Source: Candidatus Altiarchaeota archaeon (lineage in GTDB: Archaea > Altiarchaeota > Altiarchaeia > IMC4 > SCGC-AAA252-I15). From it: DNA of 29,312 bases. The stretch covers positions 1 through 29,312 of the forward strand of contig JAZDNF010000016.1 in NCBI GenBank assembly GCA_043800255.1. Direction: 5' to 3'. Both the position numbers and the translations under genes were made by a program. The notes beneath the pieces are model-generated. The model saw only the letters and a program-made list of their open reading frames with translations, had not been told where the DNA came from and made no database searches. Of this stretch, positions 25,861-29,312 are shown in pieces. Every line of letters starts with the position of its first letter. Position 1 is the first letter of the stretch.

Positions 25861-26427
25861 ATGGCGGGCAGAATATTACAACACCTTAGACAGAATTCAA
25901 AACTGATAGGTTACTGCGCCCTTGTTTTTTCAGCCGGGTTGACTGGGGGTTTCATGCTGCTGCCCTATGTTGAGGATCGCGTGAAGGAGCTGCTGCCCAG
26001 CATCTTTGAGGGCATTATCGTGGAAGGGTCGAGCTTCAGGACGGCTGTTAACATTCTCTTGAGGAACATGAAGGCGTCGCTCATCATGCTATTTCTTGGC
26101 ATCACTGTTGTCGTGCCTCTGCTCGTACTGTTCGTGAACGGGTTCATGGCTGGGCTCATACTGAGGCTGGCTGTTGAGGAAAGCATTCCAGCGAAGACCA
26201 CCATATTGGGCGTCGTATTCCATGGGATGCCAGAGCTTCTGGCGATTTTCGTCTCGGCAGCTTTCGGGTTGAGGATAGGATTCGCCCTCTTCTCCGCAAA
26301 GGATAGGGTGGAAGAGGTTAAGACATCAGTAACTCAGGCAGCCCAGGTATTTCTCAGGTTCATCTTACCCCTTCTGGTGCTGTCTGCCTTTATCGAGGCC
26401 TACGTTTCCTCTTCCTTTGTTCTTTAG
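25861..26427 (+). CDS. SpoIIM/DUF95-family membrane protein
   Basis: ILLRN, LFVNG, HGMPELLAI, SAFIEAYVS. True start is likely ATG 25861, not 25678. Confidence 0.8.
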   Translation: MAGRILQHLRQNSKLIGYCALVFSAGLTGGFMLLPYVEDRVKELLPSIFEGIIVEGSSFRTAVNILLRNMKASLIMLFLGITVVVPLLVLFVNGFMAGLILRLAVEESIPAKTTILGVVFHGMPELLAIFVSAAFGLRIGFALFSAKDRVEEVKTSVTQAAQVFLRFILPLLVLSAFIEAYVSSSFVL

Positions 26428-28155
26428 GCGCCTGCGGGCAACCAAGATTAGTAGGATAAGTGCAACAGCCGCAAACAGCCAGATGACAGAATATCCTTTC
26501 TCCTCGCTTCGGCTTTCTCTCAATGTGGTTGGCACAGGCGAGCTTGTCTCCACAGTCTGATTTTTCATTTCCCCTGAGAGCCGGATTATAGGTTCAACTG
26601 TCATTAGGCCGACAGTATCATTCAACTCCAAATAGATTTCCTTGGCCTTTTCAGCGTAGTCGAGAGCTTCTTTGAAACTGTTGGCAAGATAAGCCGCATG
26701 AGCCTTGCGAGAGTATTCCTCTGCCAGGGGCTTTATGTTTAGAGAGTTGTTCAGCGCTTCGACCGCCGTCAGGCCGCTGGCGTCTCCAAGTTTCTCATAA
26801 ATCCTCGCAGCCTCTGTCAGGTGTTTGGTCGCGTTCTCAAAATCGTTGACGCTGACGTATGCTCTGGCCTTCATCAGGTTTTCGCCGGCAGCCTGGAAGA
26901 GGTTGTTATTCTCCAGGTCGTCTTCATAATCTTCCAGAGTCTGCTCCAACAAGCTTATCATATCAGTGTCGTTTAGGCTCGTATAGAGTTCTATGGACTC
27001 TTTAAGGGAAACTACCGAGCCAACGTAATCTCCTGACCCGTGTTTTTCAAGGGCGAGATTATAGTATAATTCCGCGCTCTCCCGCATCAGATACCGTTGA
27101 TCAAGCCTGTAGACGTCCAAACCCCTGTTAGTGCCTATTAATATGTCAACTCTGCTGTCACCGTTGATGTCGGCAACCAACAAGTGCAGTATCTTGTTCT
27201 CAACAGTATACCTCCATTTTATGGTGCCGGTATTGTCGAACAGGAAAAGAACGTTCCCTGAGCCTACCAGAATCTCCTTTCTGCCGTCGCCTTCCAAGTC
27301 TGTTGCGAGTAGGTTAGATGTCAGGTCGTTGATACTCGTTGACCATATCTTCTCGCCTGCCAGGTTCAGAAGATAGAGTGTTGTCTTTGAGGCAGCGAGT
27401 ATCTCAGACCTGTTGTCATAGAGCAGGTCATCAGCTAACACGCTCTGCATCCTCTCCCCAGACGAATATGTCCAGTTGACGCCTCCATTATCCAAGAGCG
27501 AGATTCCCGTGAAAGTCCCTGCGACAATCTCATGGTCGAAGTCCGAGTCAAGATTCCCGCACCAGATGTCCCACACGCTAACTCCAAGGTTCATGGAGCT
27601 TAAGAGGTTTCCGTTTGCATCAAGGTGGTAGATGTTGAAGTCGTTCGACGAGAATACGATAGTCTTCGTATCGTTCAGGACTCTTATTCTGACTGAAGTA
27701 GGCAAGCGGCTGTCCTCGAAAGTCCACTTCACCCTGTTGTACAGTTTGTTCAGCCCTCTCTCGCGCTCCCGCTCTATCCTGTAGAGGAAGTGCATGTTCG
27801 CGCTCCCCGACCTTATCTGGGAGCCGGCGAGTATGTCAAAGTCGCCGTCATCGTCGAGGTCGCCGACTTCGACAAGAACTATCTCCTCGCTAGGATATAA
27901 GTAAACATTAGGCTTTTCCACGACAGTGTCCCAGAGGAGTGTGCCATTCAGGTCGTAGGCTGTGATAAGGCTCCGGGAGGGGTCCAAACTGACAGTGTAT
28001 ATCTCCTCTCGCCCGTCCCTGTCAAAATCCAACAGAGTTATACCGTTAGCGCCGCTGACAAGATGCTGGCTCCATACCAGCTCCAGCGGCGCGCTCGCCT
28101 GAGACGAGACAAAAGAGGCTGAAACCAGCAAAAACAGCAAAAAAACAACCCTCAT
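26365..28155 (-). CDS. Cell-surface FG-GAP beta-propeller protein with TPR-like stalk and C-terminal TM (paralog of 11291-13465)
   Basis: Signal peptide, DFDRDGREE/DLDDDGDFD/DINGDSRVD repeats, helical A..IY..L.D repeats, TM helix followed by RRR. Confidence 0.8.
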   Translation of the reverse strand: MRVVFLLFLLVSASFVSSQASAPLELVWSQHLVSGANGITLLDFDRDGREEIYTVSLDPSRSLITAYDLNGTLLWDTVVEKPNVYLYPSEEIVLVEVGDLDDDGDFDILAGSQIRSGSANMHFLYRIERERERGLNKLYNRVKWTFEDSRLPTSVRIRVLNDTKTIVFSSNDFNIYHLDANGNLLSSMNLGVSVWDIWCGNLDSDFDHEIVAGTFTGISLLDNGGVNWTYSSGERMQSVLADDLLYDNRSEILAASKTTLYLLNLAGEKIWSTSINDLTSNLLATDLEGDGRKEILVGSGNVLFLFDNTGTIKWRYTVENKILHLLVADINGDSRVDILIGTNRGLDVYRLDQRYLMRESAELYYNLALEKHGSGDYVGSVVSLKESIELYTSLNDTDMISLLEQTLEDYEDDLENNNLFQAAGENLMKARAYVSVNDFENATKHLTEAARIYEKLGDASGLTAVEALNNSLNIKPLAEEYSRKAHAAYLANSFKEALDYAEKAKEIYLELNDTVGLMTVEPIIRLSGEMKNQTVETSSPVPTTLRESRSEEKGYSVIWLFAAVALILLILVARRRLKNKGRGNVGLDKGRQHQKG

Positions 28156-28258
28156 GATATAAAGTTAAAAGATAGTGCTTAAAAATAGAGTTGCATCGCA
28201 TTTTTAGAAAGAAACAGAGTATATTAAATTGGACAACGTTTGGTAGAGGGTTAAAAAA

Positions 28259-28792
28259 ATGCAAAAGCAGAAGGGCTCGGGCAAGAAAGGTAGTTACTAC
28301 GATGAAGCGCAGAAGGTGCTAGAAGAAAGTCAACGAATGTATAATAAACAACAAGAACGAGAAGGGAAAAAACGAAAACGAGAATATCAGGAACAAGATG
28401 ACGCAAAAAAGGCTGCAAACAAGATGTGGGCAGACTTTGTTACAAAAACGGATGAAAGCATAAGAAAGCAGAGAAAAGAGAGGCTTGAACCTAAAGATCC
28501 AAAAGCTAGAAAAGCTGTGGAAGACGTTAAGAAAAAATATGGAGATAACCACTGGTGGGAGTCTGACGACCCAGAAGTCATAGTGGGTTTTCAACTGCAG
28601 GAGCCTTTTCTGATGGTCTCCTTGGACGAACTCCGTCTTGCTGCAGTGGCAGTCCTCGGAAGGGAGATTACCCCCTTTGAAGTGCAGATGGGGGCAGATC
28701 AGTTTGACCCGAAATTGAGGGAAATCATTGAAAAAGCCAATAAAGCAGCACTACCCCAACCTAAAAACATCAAGGGTTCAAGAACCAAGTAA
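28259..28792 (+). CDS. Hypothetical protein, highly charged N-terminal coiled region
   Basis: 177-aa ORF divergent from the FG-GAP gene with an AT-rich upstream region; K/E-rich; no recognisable motif. Confidence 0.65.
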   Translation: MQKQKGSGKKGSYYDEAQKVLEESQRMYNKQQEREGKKRKREYQEQDDAKKAANKMWADFVTKTDESIRKQRKERLEPKDPKARKAVEDVKKKYGDNHWWESDDPEVIVGFQLQEPFLMVSLDELRLAAVAVLGREITPFEVQMGADQFDPKLREIIEKANKAALPQPKNIKGSRTK

Positions 28793-28870
28793 GAGGGTTT
28801 CACTCAAACCTATTCCGGGATAGTTCCCTTCTCAGTCATGGCAAAATTTGATAATTTTTAGAAAAATTTA

Positions 28871-28997
28871 GTGTGGAGTCGAGACTCGAAGGCCGACTCA
28901 GTAGGAAGCTTCACTTCCTGCGCGCAATTACTGCGGGTCTGCCACATCGCTCCAGTCATCTTTGTTCAGTGCTATCGAGCCTTGGCGAAGAGAGCAC
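28871..28997. other. GC-rich structured intergenic segment, candidate ncRNA
   Basis: Nested stems GTGTGG/CCACAT, GAGTCG/CGACTC, GTAGGAAG/CTTCCTGC, CGCA/TGCG, then GTGCT/AGCAC, within AT-rich flanks. Confidence 0.35.
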
Positions 28998-29021
28998 ATT
29001 TGATTAAACTTTAGTAAAGTT

Positions 29022-29167
29022 TGCGGGGGAAGGGATTCGAACCCTTGGAGGCCTGCGCCACAGGATTTCTCAAACCTTCTTTCTTTTTCATCAACGTTTT
29101 TCTTTCTTAGGAAGAAAGAAAAAGGTTGCTTAAGTCCTGCCCCTTTGGCCAGCTCGGGAACCCCCGC
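29022..29167 (-). tRNA. tRNA-Leu(UAA) with 62-nt intron at canonical position 37/38 (intron 29067-29128)
   Basis: Acceptor stem GCGGGGG/CCCCCGC-A, anticodon arm CAGGA-CT-TAA-G|A-TCCTG, long variable arm, T-arm AAGGG-TTCGAAT-CCCTT. Canonical bulge-helix-bulge (CTTA/TGAG helix, bulges AG|C and AA|A). CCA is not encoded. Confidence 0.95.
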
Positions 29168-29312
29168 ATCTGATAAAATTATCCATTCAACCCGTTTTCG
29201 GCTGAATTTCACTTGGATATATATTTTGGTATTTGAGGCTTAAATCAGTTGAAATAAGCCCGCATCTGCCGTTTCAAGCGTTCAAGAGAGTTCAAACGCT
29301 TTCAGGATAATA

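Noticed and set aside
11247-28594. Numerous short alternative-frame or antisense ORFs inside argS, moxR, tfb, trpB, the TPR gene and the FG-GAP genes
   Set aside because: They lie within or largely overlap well-supported genes and have no motifs of their own.
28940-28997. HDV-like/theta ribozyme or C/D box sRNA next to the tRNA
   Set aside because: GGCGAA and CTGA/GATGA words occur, but I could not build the nested double pseudoknot or a full C/D box set.
28928-29212. 94-aa minus-strand ORF
   Set aside because: It spans the intron-containing tRNA-Leu and is spurious.

Overview
Archaeal chromosomal window, judged from TFB, Gar1, Hjc, CTP-dependent riboflavin kinase, TATA/BRE promoters and an intron-containing tRNA-Leu(UAA). 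The lineage cannot be fixed from sequence alone. Left third (1-11.2 kb): an accessory surface-modification island. It holds three GT-C-type membrane glycosyltransferases (one is a >825-aa ORF missed by the ORF track because it runs off the left edge), a GT2 polyprenol-phosphate glycosyltransferase and a radical SAM/SPASM-twitch enzyme. It also holds a His-Xaa-Ser-type cassette (HxsB radical SAM, two HxsD-like proteins, a small His-motif precursor) next to an A24 prepilin-type peptidase. The precursor has an Flp/type IV pilin-like N-terminus (FLTEEEG|KITRE plus hydrophobic helix) and is translationally coupled to a GT-C gene. This suggests an undescribed pilin-like, radical-SAM-modified and possibly glycosylated surface peptide system. 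Middle: a TPR-Ig-KaiC-like protein, a MoxR ATPase and a secreted FG-GAP propeller, with no VWA partner in the window. Right: mostly housekeeping genes (argS, hjc, stand-alone coaC, AMMECR1, riboflavin kinase, tfb, gar1, orphan trpB, M42 peptidase, SpoIIM-like, second FG-GAP paralog). Non-coding signals: a ~100-bp twin-hairpin element resembling IS200/IS605 ends, a triple repeat upstream of trpB, a structured GC-rich island next to the tRNA, and a tRNA intron with two mutually exclusive folds. Family assignments come from motif recognition, not database searches.
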